A stretch of DNA of 12,743 nt, taken from positions 1 through 12,743 of the forward strand of contig JBBIUF010000101.1 of NCBI GenBank assembly GCA_037440365.1. Direction: 5' to 3'. Positions 1 to 6,444 of the stretch are shown here, in pieces; the first letter of the stretch is position 1; the number at the start of each line of letters is the position of its first letter. A program made the translations under genes and the position numbers. Source of the stretch: Chloroflexota bacterium (GTDB lineage Bacteria; Chloroflexota; Anaerolineae; UBA4142). Under the pieces are notes generated by a model. It worked only from the letters and a program-made list of their open reading frames with translations. It searched no databases and was not told the origin of the DNA.

Positions 1-641
1 CAAGCGCGGCGGCGCTCACATTGCCGCCGCCGTTGCTTGATCCGGTTGTGGCGAATGTGGTGCGGGTGGATGAGCGCACGGCGGAGCAGGAACGTTTGCC
101 GCGTCAGCAAGTCTGGCGTGTGGTGCCGACCGCGCACAAGCCCACTGCGCCGCGTTGGGTGATCGGTTCGCTGGTGCATGAGGCGCTTGCCGCGTGGCGT
201 TTTCCCGATGCGGGTTTCGCGGTTTGGGCAGAAGCGCGTGCACGCGGGCATGGGGTCACGGATCACGCGCAACTCAAGGATGCCGTGAATGAATCGCAAA
301 AATTGTTGGCGCGTTTTCAAGCCACGCGATTGTACCAAGAGATGGCGACGGCGACGCGGCGTCTTGCCGAAGTGCCGTATAGCTACTGCGTTGACGGGCG
401 ACCTGAGAATGGCATTATGGATGCGCTCTTTGAGCGTAACGGTGAGTGGACGATTGTCGAGTTCAAGACAGATCGTCTGCGGCATGACGCTGACCTGGAG
501 AAAATGTTGCGCGAAAAGGATTATCGCGCGCAAGCTGAACGCTACCGGCGCGCGATCACACGCTTGCTCAATGTAACCCCGCGCGTGGTGCTTTGCCTGC
601 TTGATTATGCGCATGGTGTGCGGGTGGAAAAAACAGAATGA
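1..641 (+). CDS. PD-(D/E)XK (RecB-like) nuclease domain protein, 5'-truncated by window edge (reading frame opens at nt 3)
   Basis: Frame 3 is open from the window edge to TGA at 639-641. Motifs seen: GSLVHEALA (nuclease motif I GxxxHxxLE-like), GIMDALFE...WTIVEFKTD (D...E.K catalytic core) and QAERYRRA (QxxxY motif of RecB/AddA/Cas4-type nucleases). Only one Cys near the C-terminus, so no AddB-type Fe-S cluster. Confidence 0.6.
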   Translation, partial: SAAALTLPPPLLDPVVANVVRVDERTAEQERLPRQQVWRVVPTAHKPTAPRWVIGSLVHEALAAWRFPDAGFAVWAEARARGHGVTDHAQLKDAVNESQKLLARFQATRLYQEMATATRRLAEVPYSYCVDGRPENGIMDALFERNGEWTIVEFKTDRLRHDADLEKMLREKDYRAQAERYRRAITRLLNVTPRVVLCLLDYAHGVRVEKTE

Positions 642-657
642 CGGGACATGGGTACAC

Positions 658-688
658 AAAAACGAGAGGTACACGCCTCTCGTTTTTT
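658..688. terminator. bidirectional rho-independent terminator between convergent genes
   Basis: Stem CGAGAGG (663-669) pairs with CCTCTCG (676-682), with a 6-nt loop TACACG. The stem is flanked by AAAAA (658-662) upstream and TTTTTT (683-688) downstream, giving a U-tract on both strands. It sits 17 nt after the + gene stop and 20 nt after the minus-strand gene stop at 708. Confidence 0.7.
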
Positions 689-707
689 ATGTACCAGCGG
701 AAATTGT

Positions 708-1220
708 TTAGCGTGGACGAAACAAACCTTGGAGCAAGGTGACCACGCCAAGCGCGATCAACAGGATGGGCCAATAGACACCGAGCAAATTGGGACCACC
801 GAGGAATGAGCCGAAAATTAAAAATAGTATCGCGCTGATCACGATGAGCCAGCCACCGGCGGTTAACGCTTCGCGCACTTTGCCGCGCAATCCACTCGAA
901 AAGAAAACGCCGACGCCAATAAAGCCGGGAATAAGCGTCCACGCATACGCCCAACTTTGCCAATTGTGCGTTGTGTTTTGCCAATAGAGTAATCCACCAA
1001 TGCCACCAACAATGCATGCCGGGACGAGCATCTCTGGCACCCAGGTCACAATGCCGATCACAGCAAGCGCAATGCCGATGGCAACGATGATGAGCGGCCA
1101 AGTGAGTTCATTGATGCCGAACGCTTGCAATGCCGGGACATACTGGACGGCCAAGAACCATGCCCCAACCAAGATCAAAACGAGCGCAAACGCGATTCGC
1201 GAGCGATCCATTCGATTCAT
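708..1220 (-). CDS. small multi-pass integral membrane protein, LiaI/LiaF-TM-like (DUF5668-type repeats of Gly-rich TM helices)
   Basis: 171 aa starting MNRMDRSR at ATG 1220-1218, preceded by GGAGGA with 5-nt spacing. The longer ORF start at 1250 lacks an RBS. Five hydrophobic segments of the type WPLIIVAIGIALAV / YWPILLIALGVVTLL are present and there is no soluble domain. The family call rests on pattern similarity only. Confidence 0.55.
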   Translation of the reverse strand: MNRMDRSRIAFALVLILVGAWFLAVQYVPALQAFGINELTWPLIIVAIGIALAVIGIVTWVPEMLVPACIVGGIGGLLYWQNTTHNWQSWAYAWTLIPGFIGVGVFFSSGLRGKVREALTAGGWLIVISAILFLIFGSFLGGPNLLGVYWPILLIALGVVTLLQGLFRPR

Positions 1221-1231
1221 TGTGTCCTCCT

Positions 1232-1266
1232 GGTTCTGATTGTAACACAAGCCGACGGTGCGACAA
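1232..1266 (-). promoter_or_regulatory. sigma70-like promoter for the membrane-protein gene (minus strand: TTGTCG -35, 16-nt spacer, TGnTACAAT extended -10)
   Basis: The reverse complement of 1239-1266 reads TTGTCG-caccgtcggcttgtgt-TACAAT. The TG lies one nucleotide upstream of the -10. The predicted TSS is about 10 nt upstream of the GGAGGA RBS. Confidence 0.35.
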
Positions 1267-1272
1267 ATTGCG

Positions 1273-3444
1273 TTATCGATCGACTAGGGGCAAGTAGGCA
1301 TTACTGGGAACCGAGTTGCCGGCTGGCGGCATCACAATCAACGTGATCGAATTTGCCGGGAACGTTGCGTTGAATCCGCCGGGGCTGATCGCTTGGTCGG
1401 CTTGCCGCACGATGGCGTTGAGATTGGTGGCGTCGTAACGATATACTGTCGCAATGTTGAAAGGGGTGAACCCAATTAACGCGATGTTGCTCGTGAGTGC
1501 GCCATTTGTTTTATTGATGACGATGAGGGTGAGTGCGCTATCGCGTGATCTCTGCGCGGCATAAATCGCGAGTTGACCTTGATCGGTGCTATTGGCGCGA
1601 ACGCTGGTTTCGCCGAACGCGCCGCCTGCGCCGTCATAGTTGCGAAACATGCGAAATGCGAATGCGCCGGGTTGCGCGGCGGTTGGTGGATCCCACAGCG
1701 CGGCGAGGTCAACGCCTTCGCGTCCCAGGATGCCAAGGATGTCGGCTTGCGCGAGTGCGCCGTTGATGTGATCGAGCGCGCCCCAGTTGTATTCGCCGAG
1801 TGCAATTTTCGTGCCGGGGTAATTGGTGTTCACCCAATCGCGCATGCGCGGAATCAAACGAACGTAGGGACCTTCGGCGGTTTGCGCAATCCAGCTTTCA
1901 TCGGCATAGGTTGGATCCCATAAAGCGCGGGTTGAGCGCAAACGCAATGCTTGCGTCGTTGCGTCACCTGCTGGCGCAAGCGCGATCCCATTCGCTTGCG
2001 GATAAAAATGGATGTCGAGATAATCCAAGATGCGTGTATGATTAGTTTGCTCATACGCGCGCATTTGTTGCAGATACCAATCGAGAAACGGCGTGTTGCC
2101 GTGCGCAAGCCGATCCGAGTTGTTGGTAGCATTATCGAGTGCGGAATAAAAATAGGCTGACCAACCCCATAGTACGGGACCAAGAATTTTTGCGTTTGGA
2201 TCAATGGTCTTGATCGCGGCGGCATACTGATCCGTGCGATCCCGGATTTCGTCATAGCTGGTTGGGTTTGGATGCACATCGCGGTGCGATGAATTCCACA
2301 GCATCGGTTCGTTATCGAGATTGTAAAATTGTACGCCGCCATTGGTCGCGTTGCCGTAATTGCCAATCAGGTGGCGCATCCAATCTTGCGCGAACGCGGG
2401 CGTGATCGCCACGCTGGTGTCAGTCGGATCGTTGCCGGTGATCAGTGTCTTGCCATCCGGACGTATCCCATTTCCACAATCGGTTTGATAAGGATCCGTG
2501 CTTTGCTGTGCGCCATATTTCGCCACGCTAAAACCACACGCCACCGCCCGCGCTTTCGGTGTCCAACCGATCAGCGGAATCGTCAACAAGGTTTGCGAAC
2601 CAGTGCGCCGATTTTGCTCGACGAATTGATCCGACGCCGAGCCATTCGGCAAGAGTTCAGGATGCGCGTTCGCGTTCGGGATGTTTTCAAAGTACCAATC
2701 AAACGCGCGATTGTTGGTGTCGTTTTGCCAATTGTACCGCGTCTCGGCGTTCCCGCCCCGACGATTGATCGGCAAGCGCAATTCCGCCGCGAGTGATTCG
2801 CTTGCCCAGTTCATGCCATAGATGTACGGACTGATCGCATGGCGATCCAGCGCGGCGTTCACGCTCAACGCGAGACCTGGTTCAGGTGTTGGCGTTGGCG
2901 CGCCGGCGCCGATGAACGCAATATCGTCGAGATAAAACGTTGCCGGTGGATTTGCTGACCAATTTTGCCAAACGAGCAAGGTTGCTTGGCGTGGACTCAA
3001 CGCGGTCAACGACACGTTCACCTGGACCCAGGTGTTGGCGGTCGCCGTGATTATTTGGCTAGTGCTGGTGACGCCGTTAAAAACTTGAACCTGAATCACT
3101 TGACCACCCGTTGTGCCGCCGTGAATCCAAAATTGCAGGGTATCATAGCCGACCAGACTCTGTGCGGTGTTGCGCCCGAATTGTAAACCGCTCCAGCCTT
3201 TGGTAGACGTTACGGCCATGGATTGCGCGCCGGTGTGAACGGGCGTCGTATTATTCAGTTTGACGGTTGTGTCCCACGACCAATCACCCCAGCCCGCGGC
3301 GAGTGCATCGTCGAAGATTGGCAGAGTGGCAAGCGCGGCGCGAGCCTGGGTTGGCATGTGTGCCGAGATTGAGATCGCGCTGGCGCGCATCAGCGCAATC
3401 AGCATGACGATGCCCGCCGCGAGTAAATGCAAGCGCTTGCTCAT
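1273..3444 (-). CDS. secreted glycoside hydrolase, GH44-like catalytic domain with N-terminal CBM-like beta-sandwich, Pro/Thr linker and C-terminal beta-sandwich
   Basis: 723 aa from ATG 3444. GGGAGG lies 4 nt upstream, and the upstream ATG 3459 would overlap this RBS. N-terminal signal peptide MSKRLHLLAAGIVMLIALMRASA. A CBM-like segment (WGDWSWDT...FYLDDIAF) is followed by the linker GAGAPTPTPEPG. Catalytic-domain motifs: RRGGNAETRYNW, YNLDNEPMLWNSSHRDVHP (clan GH-A NEP acid/base, GH44-like) and ALGEYNWG (candidate nucleophile). Confidence 0.7.
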   Translation of the reverse strand: MSKRLHLLAAGIVMLIALMRASAISISAHMPTQARAALATLPIFDDALAAGWGDWSWDTTVKLNNTTPVHTGAQSMAVTSTKGWSGLQFGRNTAQSLVGYDTLQFWIHGGTTGGQVIQVQVFNGVTSTSQIITATANTWVQVNVSLTALSPRQATLLVWQNWSANPPATFYLDDIAFIGAGAPTPTPEPGLALSVNAALDRHAISPYIYGMNWASESLAAELRLPINRRGGNAETRYNWQNDTNNRAFDWYFENIPNANAHPELLPNGSASDQFVEQNRRTGSQTLLTIPLIGWTPKARAVACGFSVAKYGAQQSTDPYQTDCGNGIRPDGKTLITGNDPTDTSVAITPAFAQDWMRHLIGNYGNATNGGVQFYNLDNEPMLWNSSHRDVHPNPTSYDEIRDRTDQYAAAIKTIDPNAKILGPVLWGWSAYFYSALDNATNNSDRLAHGNTPFLDWYLQQMRAYEQTNHTRILDYLDIHFYPQANGIALAPAGDATTQALRLRSTRALWDPTYADESWIAQTAEGPYVRLIPRMRDWVNTNYPGTKIALGEYNWGALDHINGALAQADILGILGREGVDLAALWDPPTAAQPGAFAFRMFRNYDGAGGAFGETSVRANSTDQGQLAIYAAQRSRDSALTLIVINKTNGALTSNIALIGFTPFNIATVYRYDATNLNAIVRQADQAISPGGFNATFPANSITLIVMPPAGNSVPSNAYLPLVDR

Positions 3445-3902
3445 GATTCCTCCCAGCATTGCAATTCGATCACATTGCCTTCTGGATCAGTCACGTAAAC
3501 AAAATGAATCTCGCCTGCGCCGGGGATGTTGGTTGCAATGGTTGCGCCGACCAGCCGACCACCCGCCTCAAGCACGGCATCACGCGCCGCGTCCACGTCA
3601 GCTACCGCGAACGCAATGTGCGTGAACCCAGGACGGTTGACGGCGAGTTCGCCACGCGGCAATTCCGCGTCATACTGGAAAATTTCGAGCGTGGGTCCGG
3701 CGTTGCCATAGCCAGGCAAACGCAAATGCGCGCCGCGAATGTGTGCGTGCGGTAAACTCGTGGCGGCGTCCAGCCACGCGCCGGATAAATCGCGTTCGGG
3801 TGGAACCAGGACACAGCCGAAGACGTTCGTATAAAACGCGGCGAGCCGTTTCCAATCGTGCGCGATCAAGTTGGTGTGTGCATATTTCGCGTCCAGTGTC
3901 AT
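3441..3902 (-). CDS. VOC family protein (glyoxalase/bleomycin-resistance/dioxygenase fold)
   Basis: 153 aa. GFTHIAFAVADVDAARDAVLEAGG and DPEGNVIEL are typical of the VOC beta-alpha-beta-beta-beta module. Its stop overlaps the hydrolase start as ATGA at 3441-3444. Confidence 0.8.
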   Translation of the reverse strand: MTLDAKYAHTNLIAHDWKRLAAFYTNVFGCVLVPPERDLSGAWLDAATSLPHAHIRGAHLRLPGYGNAGPTLEIFQYDAELPRGELAVNRPGFTHIAFAVADVDAARDAVLEAGGRLVGATIATNIPGAGEIHFVYVTDPEGNVIELQCWEES

Positions 3903-3951
3903 TTTTTTCCTCGTAACAATTTTGATCGTTTGCCGTAGATAATGGTAATGG

Positions 3952-3981
3952 CAAAGTACGCCGATAGTGCCAAGTTGTCAA
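3952..3981 (-). promoter_or_regulatory. candidate sigma70-like promoter for the VOC/GH operon (minus strand TTGACA -35, 18-nt spacer, TACTTT -10)
   Basis: The reverse complement of 3976-3981 is a perfect TTGACA. TACTTT lies 18 nt downstream on the minus strand, about 45 nt upstream of ATG 3902. Confidence 0.3.
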
Positions 3982-4000
3982 TGGGGCTTGGTTCTAACAT

Positions 4001-4029
4001 TTGCCGCGAATCAAGACTAAACGTATAAT
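4001..4029 (+). promoter_or_regulatory. sigma70-like promoter for the regulator gene (TTGCCG -35, 17-nt spacer, TATAAT -10)
   Basis: TTGCCG at 4001-4006 and a perfect TATAAT at 4024-4029, separated by 17 nt. The predicted TSS is near 4036, giving a very short leader with GAGGTG (4041-4046) ahead of ATG 4050. Confidence 0.45.
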
Positions 4030-4049
4030 TCAGCCCACGTGAGGTGAAC

Positions 4050-5381
4050 ATGACATTGCTTTCGACACTCATTGGTCGGCAAGCGGATTTGGACGCGGTG
4101 CGGCGTATTGCACTGGGCGGCGCAAGTGTTTCGCTCATTGGCATCAGCAACCTGGGTAAGACAGCGTTTTTGCGCCAATTGTGCAATGAGCAATCTTCCC
4201 ATGGCCCATTTGTCTATGTGGATTGCAATCAAATGGGCGAGCGCACCCTGCGCGCGTTTCTCACGACCACCTGGCACGCGCTTGCCAATTTGCTCGAAGC
4301 GCGCAAGCCGGAGTGGGGCGCGCGCGCTCACGCGCTCTATGATGAGATGATCCATGCGCCCAGCGCGGAATCGGTGGCATTGCATTTTGCGCAGGGATTT
4401 GAATTTGCGTTCGAGCTGATTGCGCACCCCATTGTTTTTTGTTTTGATGAATTCGACGAAGTGTATCGCCATCTTGAGCCGCAAACTTTTTTGAACCTGC
4501 GCGCGCTCAACGATCGCTATGCGGGCGCGCTCGCCTATATTGCCGCGACGGAGCGTGAACTGGCGCGGCTGACCGAATCGCGCGAGCAAGGCGAATTTCT
4601 CGAATTGCTTGCGCCGCACAGTTATTATTTGCATCCGATGGAATCCGATGACACGCGCAAGTTTTGTGCGGCGTTTGCCGCGCGCGAAGGCGTCACGTTC
4701 AGTGCGGCGGATTTTGCGTTTGTGCGCGACAACGCCGATGGTCATCCGGGTCTTGCGCTCGCGGTCTGTTATGCGCTCGGCGCGGCGACGGGCGCGCCAG
4801 TGCGCGGCACGCCGAGCGATCGCGTGATTCAGCAACTCGTTCAGCAAAATTTGGCGAGCGATGGTAACGTGCAGAGCGAGTGCGCAAAAATCTGGGACGA
4901 TCTCGATGATGCCGAGCGTGAGGTATTGTTACATTTTTCGCGCAATCCATCGGTCGGGAATGGCGGCGCGCAAAAAAGTTTGCGCGCAAAATTTCTAGTG
5001 CGCGATGGCGCGGATGGCACGGAAATTTTTTCGCGCTTGTTTGCCGAGTATGTGCGGCGTCAACAATTTACGCAACAGCCGAATGAGCGCGGTGTCGCGG
5101 TGGACGCGGATGCAGGTACCGTGTGGGTGGATGGCACAACCATTGGCGATCTAACTGATCTCGAATATCGTTTGCTCTTGTTTTTGTATGGGCGCCTGGA
5201 TCGCGTGTGTGACAAGTATACGATCGTGCAATCGGTGTGGGGCGAAGAGTACGTGGACAAGGTAGACGACGCGCGCATTGAAAAACTCGTCAGCCGCGTG
5301 CGCGCTAAAATCGAAACCGATCCAGCGCGTCCGCGTTATTTGGTGAGCGTGCGCGGACGCGGGTACAAGTTGGTGCGATAA
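4050..5381 (+). CDS. transcriptional regulator: N-terminal P-loop NTPase (AAA_16/STAND-like) fused to C-terminal OmpR/PhoB-type winged-helix DNA-binding domain
   Basis: Walker A GISNLGKTAF preceded by GRQADLDAV (AAA_16 pattern). Walker B IVFCFDEFDE. C-terminal LTDLEYRLLLFLYGRLDRVCDKYTIVQSVWGEE...ARIEKLVSRVRAKIE...RPRYLVSVRGRGYKLV matches the trans_reg_C winged helix. No receiver domain. Alternative GTG start at 4044. Confidence 0.75.
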   Translation: MTLLSTLIGRQADLDAVRRIALGGASVSLIGISNLGKTAFLRQLCNEQSSHGPFVYVDCNQMGERTLRAFLTTTWHALANLLEARKPEWGARAHALYDEMIHAPSAESVALHFAQGFEFAFELIAHPIVFCFDEFDEVYRHLEPQTFLNLRALNDRYAGALAYIAATERELARLTESREQGEFLELLAPHSYYLHPMESDDTRKFCAAFAAREGVTFSAADFAFVRDNADGHPGLALAVCYALGAATGAPVRGTPSDRVIQQLVQQNLASDGNVQSECAKIWDDLDDAEREVLLHFSRNPSVGNGGAQKSLRAKFLVRDGADGTEIFSRLFAEYVRRQQFTQQPNERGVAVDADAGTVWVDGTTIGDLTDLEYRLLLFLYGRLDRVCDKYTIVQSVWGEEYVDKVDDARIEKLVSRVRAKIETDPARPRYLVSVRGRGYKLVR

Positions 5382-5385
5382 AAAT

Positions 5386-5420
5386 TGGACGTGGACTAAC
5401 GCGGACAAACACGGATAAAA
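5386..5420. repeat. three to four tandem about 10-bp direct repeats (TTGGAC / GTGGACTAAC / GCGGACAAAC / ACGGATAAAA)
   Basis: GGAC/GGAT cores at 5387, 5393, 5403 and 5413 with 10-bp periodicity, each followed by A-rich spacers. The array begins 5 nt after the regulator stop (TAA 5379-5381). Confidence 0.5.
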
Positions 5421-5498
5421 CAAACGATGATTGATCAAGCGTTGCCCGCAAAATACCTTCCTTTTTTGGAACGTGTGCTCACTTGACCACGATTGCAA

Positions 5499-5555
5499 CA
5501 TTCGATTGATGTGATGAGGCTAGATCGTTTGCCCGCATTCGGTTTGATTCGAATC
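5499..5555. promoter_or_regulatory. direct repeats CATTCG-RTT(T)GAT (5499-5510 and 5536-5549) and a perfect 10-bp palindrome GATTCGAATC (5546-5555) upstream of pspA
   Basis: Read directly from the sequence. These are candidate operator elements. A TTGACC -35-like hexamer lies at 5483-5488. Confidence 0.3.
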
Positions 5556-5611
5556 CAAATCGGATGTTCAGGCGCAGTTCGTCAGAGAAATGTCAGGATT
5601 TTTAGCTCGTC

Positions 5612-5623
5612 TTGCGGTATAGT
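5612..5623 (+). promoter_or_regulatory. candidate -10 element (TATAGT) for pspA operon
   Basis: TATAGT at 5618-5623, 62 nt upstream of ATG 5686. No convincing -35 at 17 +/- 1 nt. An A/T-rich stretch lies upstream. Confidence 0.25.
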
Positions 5624-5685
5624 ATTGCCAACATCAGTTCAGAGCGCGCTACGCGCATCTCGAACCACACTTTTGGAGGATCACC

Positions 5686-6363
5686 ATGGCTAGCTTACTT
5701 GAAAAAGTTCAAACGTTGATTGCGGCAAACATGCACGCGCTTGTGGATCAGGCGCTCAAGGCGAATTCACTCGCCGTGATTGACGAGTACATTCGCCAGG
5801 TCGAAAACAATCTGGACAATCTCGAAGAGGCGACGGCGACGATTGGTGGCGAGGTGAAAACACTCAATCGCAAGTACGCCGATTATGCCGACAAATCGGC
5901 GGAACTTGACCGCAACATTGACTTGATGCTGAAAGAAGGCAAGGAAGATTTGGCGGTTGCCGCGCAGAGCAAATTGAATTCGATGCAACGATTGGCGGAA
6001 ACGTACAAAGCGCAGTATGATCGTCAGCAAGCCGAGTATCAGAATTTGCTCAATGCAAAATTGAAACTCGAAGCAAAACTCACGACTGTCAAGCAAGAGC
6101 GCGAAGAAATGCAAGCGTTGCTGGATTTAGCCAAGTCGAAAGAGCTGACGGCGAAGACGATGCAATCGCTCGACAACTTGATGGGCTCGGGTGATCAAGA
6201 TGTCGCGCGCATGGCGGATAGCATCCGCGCTCGCCTTGACAAAGCGTCCGCACGTTCCGAGATGCAATCGTCGCGGCTCGACAACCAGATGGATGACCTG
6301 CTCGAACGTCACACACTGGACACGCAGTTGGCGGAACGCAAACAAAAGCTCGGCTTGGCATAA
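5686..6363 (+). CDS. pspA: PspA/IM30/Vipp1 family (ESCRT-III-like) membrane-stress protein
   Basis: 225 aa, GGAGGA RBS 6 nt upstream. The N-terminus [23 protein letters not shown] aligns with PspA [37 protein letters not shown] matches KEREDLARAALIEK. The whole protein is predicted coiled-coil. Confidence 0.85.
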   Translation: [225 protein letters not shown]

Positions 6364-6371
6364 CGCTAGAA

Positions 6372-6417
6372 GGCAGAAAGCACAAAGCAGTCAGCAGACT
6401 GCCGAGTGCTTTCTGCC
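6372..6417 (+). promoter_or_regulatory. strong nested stem-loop immediately after pspA stop (possible partial terminator, attenuator or mRNA-stabilising element)
   Basis: Outer perfect 12-bp stem GGCAGAAAGCAC (6372-6383) pairs with GTGCTTTCTGCC (6406-6417). Inner 6-bp stem GCAGTC (6387-6392) pairs with GACTGC (6397-6402), with loop AGCA. No U-tract follows, so read-through into the downstream genes is expected. Confidence 0.5.
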
Positions 6418-6444
6418 GATGGCCTTCTTCTGAAGGATACTCTT

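Noticed and set aside
289-576. 95-aa ORF in an alternative frame within the nuclease gene
   Set aside because: It is fully embedded in the well-supported nuclease reading frame, and the Arg-rich product looks spurious.
3442-3459. upstream ATG (3459) as start of the glycoside hydrolase
   Set aside because: The GGGAGG Shine-Dalgarno would lie inside the first codons. ATG 3444 has the SD at ideal spacing and gives a standard signal peptide.
4017-4847. 276-aa antisense ORF overlapping the regulator gene, and similar long antisense ORFs (1476-1805, 1854-2366, 5767-6114, 6391-6987, 7974-8570, 8580-9269, 10848-11345, 11585-12100)
   Set aside because: These are Arg/Ala/His-rich translations typical of the antisense frame of high-GC genes. 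They have no RBS and no recognisable domains, while the sense-strand genes have clear family signatures.
5440-5470. T-run CCTTCCTTTTTTGG as terminator of the regulator gene
   Set aside because: No stable GC-rich stem immediately precedes the T-run.
5483-5496. sigma54-like -24/-12 element (TGACCACGATTGCA) upstream of pspA, as in PspF-dependent promoters
   Set aside because: It has GA instead of the invariant GG, and the spacing between the -24 and -12 dinucleotides is 10 rather than 12. No bEBP gene is in the window. Only the TTGACC portion was kept, as a possible -35.
5493-5693. 66-aa ORF in the regulator-pspA intergenic region
   Set aside because: TTG start without an RBS, overlapping the pspA RBS and start. 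The composition looks non-coding and the region is better explained as a regulatory sequence.
6406-6444. GTG 6406 as start of the first SBP-like gene, as in the ORF track
   Set aside because: It lies inside the 3' arm of the strong hairpin and has no RBS. ATG 6445 has AAGGA 8 nt upstream and gives the expected basic N-terminus before the TM helix.
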